From Hyphochytrium catenoides (lineage: Eukaryota > Protista > Hyphochytriomycota), in the NCBI GenBank assembly GCA_900088475.1, contig FLMG01004535.1:103568-167567 (forward strand): a stretch of 64,000 nucleotides of DNA, in the 5' to 3' direction. The translations under genes and the position numbers were made by a program. The stretch's first letter is position 1. Each line of letters opens with the position of its first letter. The notes under the pieces were generated by a model. That model was not told the origin of the DNA and did not search any database. It worked only from the letters and a program-made list of their open reading frames with translations. Of this stretch, positions 63,871 through 64,000 are shown one piece after another.

Positions 63871-64000
63871 TTAGGGTTAGGGTTAGGGTTAGGGTTAGGG
63901 TTAGGGTTAGGGTTAGGGTTAGGGTTTAGGGTTAGGTTTAGGGTTAGGTTTAGGGTTAGGTTTAGGGTTAGGGTTAGGGTTAGGGTTAGGGTTAGGGTTA
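63871..64000 (+). repeat. Telomere, (TTAGGG)n with variant units
   Basis: Tandem TTAGGG runs to the end of the window, with the G-rich strand 5'->3' toward the end. Confidence 0.98.

Overview
This is eukaryotic nuclear DNA from the end of a chromosome. The window terminates in a (TTAGGG)n telomere (63871-64000), preceded by a ~0.8 kb degenerate ~19-20 bp satellite and ~7 kb of gene-poor subtelomere. Genes are spliced (GT-AG), so the ORF track is largely uninformative, and most listed ORFs are artefacts of (CT)n/(GA)n microsatellites. By manual exon joining I support about 13 genes: an HSL-family alpha/beta hydrolase, a WRKY19-like C3H zinc-finger repeat protein, a SUEL-lectin type I membrane protein, a GEP4-type PGP phosphatase, an unknown 4-TM protein, an MFSD8-like transporter, a KRE6/SKN1 GH16 protein, a CaMKK-like kinase, RP2/XRP2, an Mn-type SOD, CDC48/p97, a large protein with 11 helical repeats, and an SLC13/TrkA-C (SLT/SAC1-like) transporter. 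The gene set suggests a flagellated stramenopile-like protist; this is an inference and not an identification. The most notable observations are: an Mn-type SOD with a signal peptide and a C-terminal KDDL (possible ER retention); the 11-repeat protein with a ubiquitin-like N-terminus lying head-to-head with CDC48; introns with complementary GA-rich and CT-rich halves, one beside a 12-nt microexon; and a subtelomeric satellite that looks built from mutated telomere repeats. All gene models are hand-made and were not validated with RNA data or database searches.
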